From Escherichia coli (GTDB taxonomy: Bacteria; Pseudomonadota; Gammaproteobacteria; Enterobacterales; Enterobacteriaceae): a stretch of 64,000 nucleotides of DNA. The stretch is from assembly GCF_003991155.1 (NCBI RefSeq), contig NZ_CP031294.1. One strand, 5' to 3'. The position numbers were made by a program, and so were the translations under genes. A model generated the notes under the pieces. The model was not told the origin of the DNA. It searched no databases and saw only the letters and a list, made by a program, of their open reading frames with translations. Below, one piece after another: positions 43,775 to 53,229 of this stretch. Position 1 is the stretch's first letter; each line of letters opens with the position of its first letter.

Positions 43775-43798
43775 TTATCAACACAATATGGCCGATCA
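43775..43798. terminator. hairpin (atatggccg-atcatg-cggccatat) at boundary of cargo block and phage early genes
   Basis: Perfect 9-bp inverted repeat; no clear T-tract, so terminator function uncertain. Confidence 0.4.
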
Positions 43799-43813
43799 TG
43801 CGGCCATATCAGA

Positions 43814-44383
43814 TCAATTAGAGCTTTGAAAGACTTTGTGTGGTTGTGTTGCGAGGTTATGTCGATGGCTTAACTCACGCATCATGTCTTCAAGGCGACT
43901 CTTTGTGTCGTCGAGTTGGTCGGCCATTGCTCCCAAAAGCTGACGAACGGCCATAGGATCATCGCTGTTTAGTGATGGCATTTTATAACCCGCCTGAGAA
44001 GACATAAGATTGAACGCAGACATCAACATCGTTAGAGAGGATTTAAGCCCAGCAATTTCACGATCTTTGCTGGCAATAATCGTCTCACTCTTGTTAGTGT
44101 CATCAGTTCGTTGAGTCTCGCTCACCATATCCAAAGTCGCCTGCAACTTATCAGCGCGCTCTTTTTCAGCAAGATAATGAACACCGAAATGATGTGCTAA
44201 AGCTACAACCTGAGTTGGCTCTTCAAAGGTGGACTCAAAATTAAGTGCTGTAACCACTCTCTCAAATATGGAAACGTCTTCTATTCCTCGAAGAATGGCT
44301 AACATTTTGACCAGTTCATTAGCATCCATTTCTTCGAATAAGGCGTTTTGTTCATCAGCTATCGCTTTGCATTTCTTGCACAT
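43814..44383 (-). CDS. hypothetical early protein
   Basis: 189 aa; conserved RBS context AGGAAAAACACATG; motif-A leader at 44401-44435. Confidence 0.5.
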   Translation of the reverse strand: MCKKCKAIADEQNALFEEMDANELVKMLAILRGIEDVSIFERVVTALNFESTFEEPTQVVALAHHFGVHYLAEKERADKLQATLDMVSETQRTDDTNKSETIIASKDREIAGLKSSLTMLMSAFNLMSSQAGYKMPSLNSDDPMAVRQLLGAMADQLDDTKSRLEDMMRELSHRHNLATQPHKVFQSSN

Positions 44384-44680
44384 GTGTTTTTCCTAATTCT
44401 TAAACAAGTTGTTTTCTTATTGGCTTTATTGTGATGTGGCATAAAAGGGGAGCAAGCTAAACGTAAAGGTGCAAACTCTCTATTTCGGTCAACGAAACAC
44501 AAGGGCCATTTGGCCCTTGTTATTAACACGTTGCTTTACGGACTAGCGGATAAGCGAAGTAGATCGCCAGACCAATGAGGACGCCATCAGAAATGACAGA
44601 CATCATCTTTCCCGTAAAATCCACCAACACCGCCATCACCAGAAGAGCAATGACGATCACAAGCCGGAATCTCTCAAGCA

Positions 44681-45106
44681 TTAGAGATAAGCATCCAGTG
44701 ACAACTGAAGCGCCTGGGCGATCTTTTTCAGTGCCTGCTCTTCTTGTTCACCAATGCCATCCTGATCGGCAATATCAAGGCACAGACACAGAACATCGAC
44801 CGCCTCTGGAGTACCCGCAATATCAGACAGCTCACGAATAGCCTGTGCATTAGCAGAACGAGGGGACGCTTCGTAACGAGCACGGATATTGGCGCTCATT
44901 TGGGCAATTTCACCAGCAAACGGAGAAAACGCAGGCAGAGCTGCAATTGTCTTCTCAAGAATGGCAATTTCTTTTGCGTCACATGTGCCGTCGGCATAGG
45001 AGATCATGTACGCGCCCCACACGGTGGCCTCAACCGCATCACGGTTCTCCATTTTTTTGACTTCGATAACTGCTTTACGAGTTTTCTTTTTGAAGAAACC
45101 TAACAT
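44681..45106 (-). CDS. hypothetical early protein (possible TerB-like fold)
   Basis: 141 aa; conserved RBS context; motif-A leader at 45128-45160; TerB assignment is weak pattern recognition only. Confidence 0.4.
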   Translation of the reverse strand: MLGFFKKKTRKAVIEVKKMENRDAVEATVWGAYMISYADGTCDAKEIAILEKTIAALPAFSPFAGEIAQMSANIRARYEASPRSANAQAIRELSDIAGTPEAVDVLCLCLDIADQDGIGEQEEQALKKIAQALQLSLDAYL

Positions 45107-45199
45107 GTGTTTTCCTTTTGTTATTTGTCAAAACAAGTTGTTTTATAGTTTCATAAATTGCTTACGCAAAGATGGTCAATGCATATGCACTAACAGCCG

Positions 45200-45388
45200 T
45201 CAGAAATAACCAAGTACCGAACCGACTGGAAAAACAAAAATCCCAACTACACGAGCCAAGGTCATGCCAGCCTGAAACTGGAGATCGCCAGAGCAAACAA
45301 GTTTTATAATGTTCGATACCCAACCGGCGGCCATGAGGGCAAGAATTGCCAGCCAAATTTTTCCAAAGTGATTTGAAAACCAGTTCAT
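45200..45388 (-). CDS. small membrane protein (two predicted TM helices)
   Basis: 62 aa, hydrophobic stretches IWLAILALMAAGWV and VVGIFVFPVGSVLGYF. Confidence 0.4.
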   Translation of the reverse strand: MNWFSNHFGKIWLAILALMAAGWVSNIIKLVCSGDLQFQAGMTLARVVGIFVFPVGSVLGYF

Positions 45389-45636
45389 ACAACCGCCTTA
45401 GTCACAGCATGATCCTGAGTAACCGGATGAACTTGAGGTATCGCATCCACCGTCATCCCATCCAGAGTGACAGGACGCTCTACTGGAGTGGTGGTAATTG
45501 TCGTCGACGGAGGTGTGGTGATGGATGAACCCGGCATCAAAAGGCTCTGGCCGGCTGGAACGGCTACCGTCGCCAGTGAAACTATAATGAGAACGTAGGC
45601 CATTGGTTTCAGCCTCTTTCTTTGAAAATTTTCCAT
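45385..45636 (-). CDS. small secreted protein candidate
   Basis: Signal-like MAYVLIIVSLATVAVPAG; 4-bp overlap with downstream gene; fully embedded in another frame of ORF 45398..45892. Confidence 0.3.
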   Translation of the reverse strand: MENFQRKRLKPMAYVLIIVSLATVAVPAGQSLLMPGSSITTPPSTTITTTPVERPVTLDGMTVDAIPQVHPVTQDHAVTKAVV

Positions 45637-45892
45637 TCGAACTGTCCTTGTTGTTTTTCTCCTTCACTAAAGGCCGTGTACTTTTCGCTTCGCGTGAAGA
45701 ACCAGAGGCAACAATCGCCCCCACGTTCGCAACAACTGACGCTTGATTATCTAAACGTTCATTCAGCAACCGAACGGTAGTCTCTAGTTCATCAAGACGT
45801 GACATAACACGACCGCTAAACAATTCGGCCAAAATTTGACGTAAAGAACGAGGACGTTTAGTTGCAGAAGTGAAATAGGTTTGACGTGCCAT
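45398..45892 (-). CDS. hypothetical protein (N-terminal part plausible, C-terminal low complexity)
   Basis: 164-aa ORF; C-terminal third Ser/Gly/His-rich; overlaps 45385..45636. Confidence 0.3.
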   Translation of the reverse strand: MARQTYFTSATKRPRSLRQILAELFSGRVMSRLDELETTVRLLNERLDNQASVVANVGAIVASGSSREAKSTRPLVKEKNNKDSSNGKFSKKEAETNGLRSHYSFTGDGSRSSRPEPFDAGFIHHHTSVDDNYHHSSRASCHSGWDDGGCDTSSSSGYSGSCCD

Positions 45893-46037
45893 GTGGACTC
45901 CATCCAGTGTCAGAAAGAGTTGCGGCTGGCGATTGCCAGCCGCCTTTCTCGTTCCATCCTGGAACTGTGTCTTACCGACACATTGTCATCCTGACGCTGA
46001 TAAGATACATGATTTAAAATGATAGGTAAACACTTAC

Positions 46038-46682
46038 TTACCACTTGTTATAAACAAAACCAATATCTTTCTTGTGAGGCATATCTGCTGCTGAAAAAGC
46101 TGCGATCTTCGCGAGTCGATCACATATTTCATTTTCACGATGCCCGGCGTGACCTTTAACCCACTTCCAGCGAACATTATGTCGACTTGCGGCCTCATCC
46201 AGACGTTTCCACAGATCAACATTCTTTACCGGTTTTTTATCAGAAGTCATCCATCCATTACGTTTCCACCATTTCATCCACTGTGTCATGCCGTTTTTCA
46301 GATACTGGCTATCAGAGTACAAAATAACGTTGCATGGATATTTCAAACGCTCCAGCCCGATAAGTGCGCCCATCATCTCCATGCGGTTATTGGTGGTGCT
46401 ATGAAAACCATCTGAGAACTCGCGTTCCTCACCACGATACTGGAGAACGATACCGTAACCGCCCGGGCCACCCGGATTTTTAAGGCAAGAGCCATCACTA
46501 AAGATTTTCACGGTTTTGAGCTGGGGATTGAACTCTACGACAGGCGTTGTGGGATTGGTGCGGGGAGAATTTTTGTTTTTGGCTTTTTTGCGAGTTTTTG
46601 CTTGCGATCGGGCTGGTGTCTTCGTCGTCATATAAACTCCTGAATCAAGCGCCGCGCCGATTTTTTCCTCGCGCGTGCGCAC
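46038..46682 (-). CDS. rnhA: ribonuclease H (RNase HI family)
   Basis: C-terminal region [12 protein letters not shown]...[16 protein letters not shown]...[26 protein letters not shown]...[16 protein letters not shown] matches RNase HI; basic N-terminal extension. Confidence 0.85.
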   Translation of the reverse strand: MRTREEKIGAALDSGVYMTTKTPARSQAKTRKKAKNKNSPRTNPTTPVVEFNPQLKTVKIFSDGSCLKNPGGPGGYGIVLQYRGEEREFSDGFHSTTNNRMEMMGALIGLERLKYPCNVILYSDSQYLKNGMTQWMKWWKRNGWMTSDKKPVKNVDLWKRLDEAASRHNVRWKWVKGHAGHRENEICDRLAKIAAFSAADMPHKKDIGFVYNKW

Positions 46683-47214
46683 ACGCGTGCGTGTTAATAA
46701 TTATTAAAATAAACAAATTACTTCCCAGAACAGGTTTTTTATAAACCTGAACTGAACGAACGAAGTGAGTGAAGTTCACCTCGAACGAAGTGAGAGGTTG
46801 TCTTTTCAGGTAATACTCTCCCAGGGAGGTGAGTATAAAATTCCTCACCAACCTGGTCGTTTCATAACCTGAAAAGCTATGGTCTAAGTCTACTGCCAGC
46901 TTAGACTTGGGAAGTTATGGATGACAGCACCCCAGAACCGAGATCTTCCCACACTTTATGAAGGGGAGTACTGGATTCAACCTCTCGAAACACCCCAGAC
47001 TCGACAATCATAAAGTGACCCTTGTCTCTGCTCACTTTGGTTCCCCCTTCCCCGACACCTAAACGGCACCGGTTCTACGCTGGTAGTGAGCTTTTTTAAA
47101 CCTGACGCCAGTGACGCTTACCCCCACCCATCAGGTCGAGTCTCCAGTCTACGACTGGAAACTATCAGATCTTAGCACTTACAATTCACTTTATGAATAG
47201 TTTGTACTTATCTA

Positions 47215-47469
47215 TCATTTCGATTGATTATTTTTTCGACCATGTAGTTGAACATTCAAGGCAAACACCTCGTTGATCAACTCACCTAAAAGCTGTTCAA
47301 CAAGTTCGCGATGCTCCCCAAGATGCAAGCACTTAATTGCCCATTCGTACAAGTTGAAAGCCTGCTCACGATCTTTCATCATTTCACGAGCCTGGGCCAG
47401 AAAATCGCTCTCTACGAGCGCAACGACATTAGTCGGATATGACATGTTGGTTTCCTTAAAGTGGTTCAT
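47215..47469 (-). CDS. small hypothetical protein
   Basis: 84-aa ORF downstream of hairpin element copy 2. Confidence 0.4.
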   Translation of the reverse strand: MNHFKETNMSYPTNVVALVESDFLAQAREMMKDREQAFNLYEWAIKCLHLGEHRELVEQLLGELINEVFALNVQLHGRKNNQSK

Positions 47470-47550
47470 AAAATCGATTTTAAAGCGTCTGGGAAGGGGT
47501 TCTAGTGGATTCTGTAGTGGTGTTCAGGTCTGGGAGTCTCTGATATAAAA

Positions 47551-47610
47551 CAGCCTGCTTCCGTATATTAATAATTAATATGTAGTTATTTATATATACA
47601 GAAGCAGGCT
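47551..47610. promoter_or_regulatory. hairpin-flanked AT-rich intergenic element (copy 2)
   Basis: agcctgcttccgtatat ... atatatacagaagcaggct; near-identical to 17257-17316. Confidence 0.5.
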
Positions 47611-47631
47611 AATTACAGACGCCAGAACAAA

Positions 47632-48225
47632 CTAAGCAGCCTTCTTTGATGGTCTTTTTTTCCTGATCACATTCGCAGGATCATACCCTCCCAGACTTTT
47701 CATGACGTCCAAAGGGATCTTGCTTATAGAGTGCCCAGCGTCCTGACAGAATCCTCGAAAAACAACGAGCATACTGCCACCGGGGTTGATGTTTACTTCT
47801 ACCTGACCCAAATTGACGTCAGGCTCGACAAACGCTACGCGGCCACCAGACAGAATAATCGTCTCATTCGCACACTCTGTTGCACGCTCATACCACTTTG
47901 TATCGAGGGATTGAGGAATTAGCATCACTGTTGTAACTCCGCGAGCCTGCTCACGTATAGCCGCATCAATCCAGGGGGAGATTTTGGAGTAGGGTGGATT
48001 GAGGAAGGCAATTGTACCTGGCTGTCCCCATTCAGATTTCAAAGCATCACGCTCAACGCCTATGAAATTAGGCAGCTTCGCATTGTCCTTGTTGCAGGCA
48101 ACGTCAACATCAAATGTCACTCCAAGATAACGTTGAATGGCAGAAAACAGCCAGTCAGGTGTTCTCCAGAGGTCACGAAGAGAGTTGTCGCGCTTTCGCT
48201 GTTTGATTTTTTCGGCTGCAATCAT
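47632..48225 (-). CDS. DNA N6-adenine methyltransferase (phage Dam-like, orphan)
   Basis: NPPY catalytic motif (AFLNPPYSKISPWIDAA); 197 aa; no adjacent restriction gene. Confidence 0.7.
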   Translation of the reverse strand: MIAAEKIKQRKRDNSLRDLWRTPDWLFSAIQRYLGVTFDVDVACNKDNAKLPNFIGVERDALKSEWGQPGTIAFLNPPYSKISPWIDAAIREQARGVTTVMLIPQSLDTKWYERATECANETIILSGGRVAFVEPDVNLGQVEVNINPGGSMLVVFRGFCQDAGHSISKIPLDVMKSLGGYDPANVIRKKRPSKKAA

Positions 48226-48408
48226 CTTCTTTCTCGATAGGTAAGTGATTACCTATTTTTGCATTTGATTTTATGTCTGACAATCAAATAAAACGCGCCA
48301 GAAATGCAAACGAGAAGCTCTCTGGCGCGTTTTTGTGGTGCTGGATATGTGATTGGCTTACCCAGCACTATAAAGCTCTCTATGGGCTTTATTTTCAGTA
48401 GGGGGACG

Positions 48409-49218
48409 TCATCCAATAGTGTACTCCGCTACAAACTTCTTAACGATCGGTGATTCTTCGTTCAATGTTAGATTTCCACCGTCTCTAACGGCAATTCCTG
48501 TCGCTGGAAATACAGCCATCATTTGCCCAGCCTGAGTTGACGCAGTGTTAAGCGGATACGGTTTTTCTGGATTGCTCATTAAAGCAATCTTAATACTATT
48601 ACTTGTAGCCTTCTTTTCTGTGAGAAGGTGTCTCATGGAAATTACCGTGTAAACACTAATATCTGGACCTCCGCTAAACCAATTAAGAAGGTTTAATATC
48701 TTATCCTTTGCTTTGACAGGCGCGTTTTCGTAAGCGTCTAAGAAAATATCTGTTTCTAAGCCTGCTTTATTGAAAAACGAATCATCTTTATCACTTAAAG
48801 TAAAACGAGGACCTCTTGCAGTACGCGCTTTTTTATTTGTGTTGCTATCATTTGACTGTTGAACTTTTAATTCATCATTAACATCAACACACTCTTCAAC
48901 CTCAATCAATCCCAATTGTTCTGGCTCGTTTTCGGCAGATTCAACACTTTCAGCGTTAATTACGTTTATAGGCTCATGCGCTAACTCCAACTCATTTAAA
49001 GCAGAGCTGAAATCACCTGCTTTTTCTTCATTGAACAGTTCTTCGGCAACATCATCAGAACTCATGGCTACGCCAGCATCGAGGCCGAGCAGCAGATCGT
49101 CAATATCATCAGTATTTTCAACCTGTGCGGCTTTTTTTACTGGCTCATCAAGTGATTGCAACATGGCTGTCAGCTCGTCCAGATCATCATTTGCCATTAC
49201 ATTTTCAACCGAACTCAT
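48409..49218 (-). CDS. hypothetical protein with highly acidic N-terminal half
   Basis: 269-aa ORF; Asp/Glu-rich first ~110 residues. Confidence 0.4.
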   Translation of the reverse strand: MSSVENVMANDDLDELTAMLQSLDEPVKKAAQVENTDDIDDLLLGLDAGVAMSSDDVAEELFNEEKAGDFSSALNELELAHEPINVINAESVESAENEPEQLGLIEVEECVDVNDELKVQQSNDSNTNKKARTARGPRFTLSDKDDSFFNKAGLETDIFLDAYENAPVKAKDKILNLLNWFSGGPDISVYTVISMRHLLTEKKATSNSIKIALMSNPEKPYPLNTASTQAGQMMAVFPATGIAVRDGGNLTLNEESPIVKKFVAEYTIG

Positions 49219-49378
49219 GTAAGTCTCCTTCTGCTTGGTTACATTTGCGTTTCGATAGCTACATTTTGACTAAACCTATCAGGCGGAAAAGTATTAAATA
49301 CAGGCAGGAAATGATTGAAAGGCGGCTGTTCTTTAAAAGAAAGCCTGCTTTAAACTCTCTTTAAAGCAGGCTTTTGTT

Positions 49379-49933
49379 TTACACAATTTCAGAGGGTAAT
49401 TTAAAAAGTCCGTACTTATTACGTGCCTTAAAGAAGCATTGCATCATTAAGTTTGTGTCATATAAGGCACTATGTGCTTTAGTATGATCGTACATAAAGC
49501 CAAGAGAGAAGGCCAACTCTTCAAGGCGGGGACGTTTACCGTCTTCTGTGGCCCACAGGGAAAATAGAGTGTCAATCAATGGGATGTCTGGAAGCGAAAA
49601 ACCGTAACTTTTCAGCTCATGCCTAATAAACGGAATATCGAACGCTTCGCCGTTGTGGGCTATCCAAATATCGGAAGAAGAGAGATACGAAGCGACAGAT
49701 GAAGCGTGATCGGCTAGTAACGGCTCGGCGGCTAAATCTTCAAGACTGATGCCGTGTACCGCTTGCGCTTTCGGATCGATACTGCGACGCGGGTTGAACC
49801 GCATTACAAAACTATCAACCATTGTCTGTGTCTCCAGTTCATAGCGGGTAATTGCGATTTCAATAATTTTATGACCAGCAAGGAAATCCAGTCCCGTAGA
49901 CTCGATATCGATGCCTGCAACAATCGTTGTCAT
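49379..49933 (-). CDS. DnaQ-like 3'-5' exonuclease (DEDD family)
   Basis: Exo I GIDIESTG, Exo II AHNGEAFD, Exo III HSALYD. Confidence 0.8.
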   Translation of the reverse strand: MTTIVAGIDIESTGLDFLAGHKIIEIAITRYELETQTMVDSFVMRFNPRRSIDPKAQAVHGISLEDLAAEPLLADHASSVASYLSSSDIWIAHNGEAFDIPFIRHELKSYGFSLPDIPLIDTLFSLWATEDGKRPRLEELAFSLGFMYDHTKAHSALYDTNLMMQCFFKARNKYGLFKLPSEIV

Positions 49934-49942
49934 CAGAACTCC

Positions 49943-50362
49943 TTACAACTTCTTAGCGCCCTTAAGTAGTGCGCTACGTACAAATTGAGCCGCTTTTTTC
50001 AAAGTTTCTTCACTGGTTTCACAGACAATCGGATCTTTCCACTTACCTGACGCAGTGTTGAGAATATTGATTTGGTTGCTATCCAGACAAACAGAGATAT
50101 AAAGCACCGTGCCACCAGCCAGCATCAAATGCATAGGAAACAGAGGCTTTTTACTGTCTTCACTGAACTGAGACATGGCGATGTTAATGGCTTCACCTAC
50201 TTGTGCGCCAACAAGCCCCTGCGCAGTTTCGAATATGGCACGAATAGCCAGACGAGCCTCTCGATCGGTCATAAGCGACCGGGAATGTTCGTCCGCTACA
50301 CGAATCAAAGCCTCTGTTGTTTTCCGATCCAGTTCATCTTCAAGCAACATTTCACTAAACAT
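49943..50362 (-). CDS. hypothetical protein
   Basis: 139-aa ORF in replication/nucleotide-metabolism operon. Confidence 0.4.
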   Translation of the reverse strand: MFSEMLLEDELDRKTTEALIRVADEHSRSLMTDREARLAIRAIFETAQGLVGAQVGEAINIAMSQFSEDSKKPLFPMHLMLAGGTVLYISVCLDSNQINILNTASGKWKDPIVCETSEETLKKAAQFVRSALLKGAKKL

Positions 50363-50423
50363 TTTTTATCCTTAACCCATTTTGAGAGTTTTATTGTCGC
50401 AATGTCGAAGAGGCGAACAATTT

Positions 50424-51068
50424 CTAATGAACGGTCACTCGGCCACAGAACCGGTTTTCTATCTTTTCTACAGCGTTATCTAGCATTCTCATCACTGATC
50501 TGGCTCTTGCTTCAACCGTGCGATATCGGTTGGAAACGACGAAGGTTTGCAGATCTCCCCTTTGCGGATGCAGGTGAATTTTTGTCAGTTCCCCGCACAT
50601 CAACGCATCAATACGAGCGACATACAGACGGTCTAATGATGCTCGTTGTGATCGCAAGTAATCTCGCTCTGAGAGAGCGACTCCCGGGCGTAAGCCAGCA
50701 ATGGCGTTAAAGTTTGAAATAGCAGTTTTGTGGCAAAACTTTTCGATATCGAGGGCTAACTCAATACACCGATCTTCATTTGTATGGCCGACCAAATCCA
50801 ACGTGTAGGCCATAACATCAGCAGGTGTGCGATCGATAACAAAGCCTTCAACACCACGCGTAAGTAGCTCTATATGCTTTGCTATTTCCATTTGAATCTG
50901 AAGCCGCTCATATAGAGGCATAGACTCACCTACTCGAACACCGAGGCGGCTCATCAAACTTCCGACACCAGCATCCACGTAAGGGATTCCGTAATGTTTG
51001 TCGATATATTTAGCCAGGGTTGTTTTCCCACTGCCCTGAGCACCAGTGATCCCAATCCGGTAATCCAT
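50424..51068 (-). CDS. deoxynucleoside monophosphate kinase (P-loop)
   Basis: Walker A GAQGSGKTT; FVIDRTP motif; coupled to DHFR gene. Confidence 0.65.
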   Translation of the reverse strand: MDYRIGITGAQGSGKTTLAKYIDKHYGIPYVDAGVGSLMSRLGVRVGESMPLYERLQIQMEIAKHIELLTRGVEGFVIDRTPADVMAYTLDLVGHTNEDRCIELALDIEKFCHKTAISNFNAIAGLRPGVALSERDYLRSQRASLDRLYVARIDALMCGELTKIHLHPQRGDLQTFVVSNRYRTVEARARSVMRMLDNAVEKIENRFCGRVTVH

Positions 51069-51544
51069 TACGACCTTCTGTATACGATCTGCGAAAAGCC
51101 AGGCTCTTCCTCGCTGGCTCGTTGGGTATAAGCTGTTTCAACAGGCACAAAGCCTAAGTTACGCATCATGCTTGCCGGGAAGAATGCATCGGCGTTTGGT
51201 ACATCAACGCCGATGTGGGAGAGCCAAATCTCTTCAACATGCGGCATGAATAGCGAGTAAATTTGTTCCCCGCCAATCACCCACACAGGCTCTGGTAATC
51301 GCAACACATCATCCACACCAGCAGGGTAGAATCCATTTGGTACAAAGCCATGAGAGCGCGTCAAAACGAGGTTATGACGCTCTGGAAGAGGGCGTTTGAG
51401 ACTTTCCATCGTTTTACGCCCCATAACGACAGTGGCGTTTTTGGTGAGTCTCTTAAATAGCTTCAGATCGGTAGAACAACGCCAGGGGAGTTCATTCGCT
51501 ATGCCGATCTCATAGTTACGGCCAACAGCAGCGATCATCTTCAT
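51068..51544 (-). CDS. dihydrofolate reductase
   Basis: 158 aa; MIAAVGRNYEIGIANELPW, VVMGRKT motifs characteristic of DHFR. Confidence 0.85.
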   Translation of the reverse strand: MKMIAAVGRNYEIGIANELPWRCSTDLKLFKRLTKNATVVMGRKTMESLKRPLPERHNLVLTRSHGFVPNGFYPAGVDDVLRLPEPVWVIGGEQIYSLFMPHVEEIWLSHIGVDVPNADAFFPASMMRNLGFVPVETAYTQRASEEEPGFSQIVYRRS

Positions 51545-51954
51545 TTGCTCACCTCATAGATGACCGGTCGATGGTGAGAGTCGGCTAAAGCGGCACGGAG
51601 TCGAGGATCGTGCACCAGCGCAGCGATAAGCAGATCGCCTTTATGCTCCGCTAATGTGCGCTTAATATGCTTCTCATAACTGGTGCCATTCGGTACGAGA
51701 TGAAGCCAGTCATAATCAACGCCAAAATCTTTCAGCCATCGTTTAGTTGGCGCTTCAAGAGTTTCAGAGCGGCTACTGATAAGCACCACTTCAGCCCCTG
51801 AGCGAGCAAAACCACGCAACATACGGCTGGTGGGGAAAATGAGTTCATCACCGGCAATGAGCTGGCCTGCATCCGCGTCAGATACTGATTTACGATGGCT
51901 GGCATTTGCCAGCACACCTTCAATTTCGCATAAGACATACATACCTCTTGCCAT
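51541..51954 (-). CDS. hypothetical protein between thyA and DHFR genes
   Basis: Start moved to internal ATG (MARGMYVL) to avoid overlap with thyA. Confidence 0.35.
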   Translation of the reverse strand: MARGMYVLCEIEGVLANASHRKSVSDADAGQLIAGDELIFPTSRMLRGFARSGAEVVLISSRSETLEAPTKRWLKDFGVDYDWLHLVPNGTSYEKHIKRTLAEHKGDLLIAALVHDPRLRAALADSHHRPVIYEVSK

Positions 51955-51955
51955 A

Positions 51956-53059
51956 TCACACCGCCACTGGAACCTTGATCCACGGTAGAGGGTCATAGCC
52001 AAGAATTAAAACCTCGTCCCATTTGAAATCATCCAACTCTGACCATTCATGAGGGAAAATAACGACCGGATCTGAATGCTCTGGAGCCTGTCGTTTCATT
52101 AGCTCACACACACCTTCCATGTGGTTGTTGTACAAATGCACGTCAAAGCCAAAATGCACAAATGCACCGGCCATGTGACCCGTAATCTTCGCGAGAAAAT
52201 GAGTGAGAATGCCATAGCCAGCAATATTGAATGGCATACCAACAAAAGTGTCTACGCTACGCTGTACGAGGCAGGAGTTGAGGATGCGTTTGGGGATTCC
52301 AAGTTCATCCAGTTCAGCTTCAGTAACACTGCCGTCCATATCCAGATCGTATAGCATCTTGGTGTAGATAGACTCGTAACCGAGGCGACTGTGTTGAAGA
52401 CCAATGTCAGTTGCCATCGTTAAACGGGTTTCAAAATCCAGCTCACGACTCCACAAAGAGAAGACAAAGTGGCAAGGTGGCAGTTTCATATCCTCAAGCT
52501 CGCCTACGTTCCATGCGTTAAGCATGATGCGACGATCGGTAGGGTTCGTGCGCAGTGTATCGACAATACGCTGTAGCTGATCGATTTCACGGGACAGCAC
52601 TACGCGATCTTCACTGATACCCAGGTATCCCTCGACTTTGTACCCGCGTTCACGGAAAGTAGCGATCTTGCTCAGATATTCACTATGGCTCACGATGCGG
52701 GTATCTTCCCATCGACGCCACTGCTTACCGTAAACCGGCCCCAAATCGCCATTCTCATCGGCCCATGCATCCCAAATCTTAACGCCGTTATCCTTGAGAA
52801 ATTGGATGTTGCCCGTGCCTTTCAGATACCACTCAAGTTCGACAAGTAGTGGCTTAAGATTTACCGCCTTTCCAGAAATAAGCGGCACAGTCCCACCAGT
52901 AAGCATGTAGTAAGAGGGAACGTAGCAGGTGCTTAAAGTACCAGTGCCTGTGCGATCATCAGCCTGCACGCCGCTTTTAAGCACCGTCTCAATAACTTTT
53001 GCATACGATGCGTTTGTTACCTGACCGTTCGTATGCTCTCGATTCAAAAGGAGTGACAC
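51956..53059 (-). CDS. thyA: thymidylate synthase (ThyA family) with two insertions
   Basis: DRTGTGT, IWDAWADENGDLGPVYGKQWR, catalytic PPCH, PFNIAGY motifs; GTG start; 367 aa vs ~264 aa for E. coli ThyA. Confidence 0.9.
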   Translation of the reverse strand: MSLLLNREHTNGQVTNASYAKVIETVLKSGVQADDRTGTGTLSTCYVPSYYMLTGGTVPLISGKAVNLKPLLVELEWYLKGTGNIQFLKDNGVKIWDAWADENGDLGPVYGKQWRRWEDTRIVSHSEYLSKIATFRERGYKVEGYLGISEDRVVLSREIDQLQRIVDTLRTNPTDRRIMLNAWNVGELEDMKLPPCHFVFSLWSRELDFETRLTMATDIGLQHSRLGYESIYTKMLYDLDMDGSVTEAELDELGIPKRILNSCLVQRSVDTFVGMPFNIAGYGILTHFLAKITGHMAGAFVHFGFDVHLYNNHMEGVCELMKRQAPEHSDPVVIFPHEWSELDDFKWDEVLILGYDPLPWIKVPVAV

Positions 53060-53229
53060 AAAAACCTCACAAAGATAAGTAATTACTTATTCATCGTGTG
53101 AGTTTACATTCATTGAGAGAACAAGACCAGACAGATAAAAAAATGGTGGCCATAGGCCACCAAAACGAATAGTCATTCCAGAGTTTTATTACGCATGTTA
53201 AATATACACAGATAGATAACTACCTACAA

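Noticed and set aside
46690-47210. tRNA genes in the structured non-coding region and other intergenic gaps
   Set aside because: No GTTCGA-type T-loop with matching acceptor stem found by eye on either strand; a tRNAscan run would be needed to be sure.
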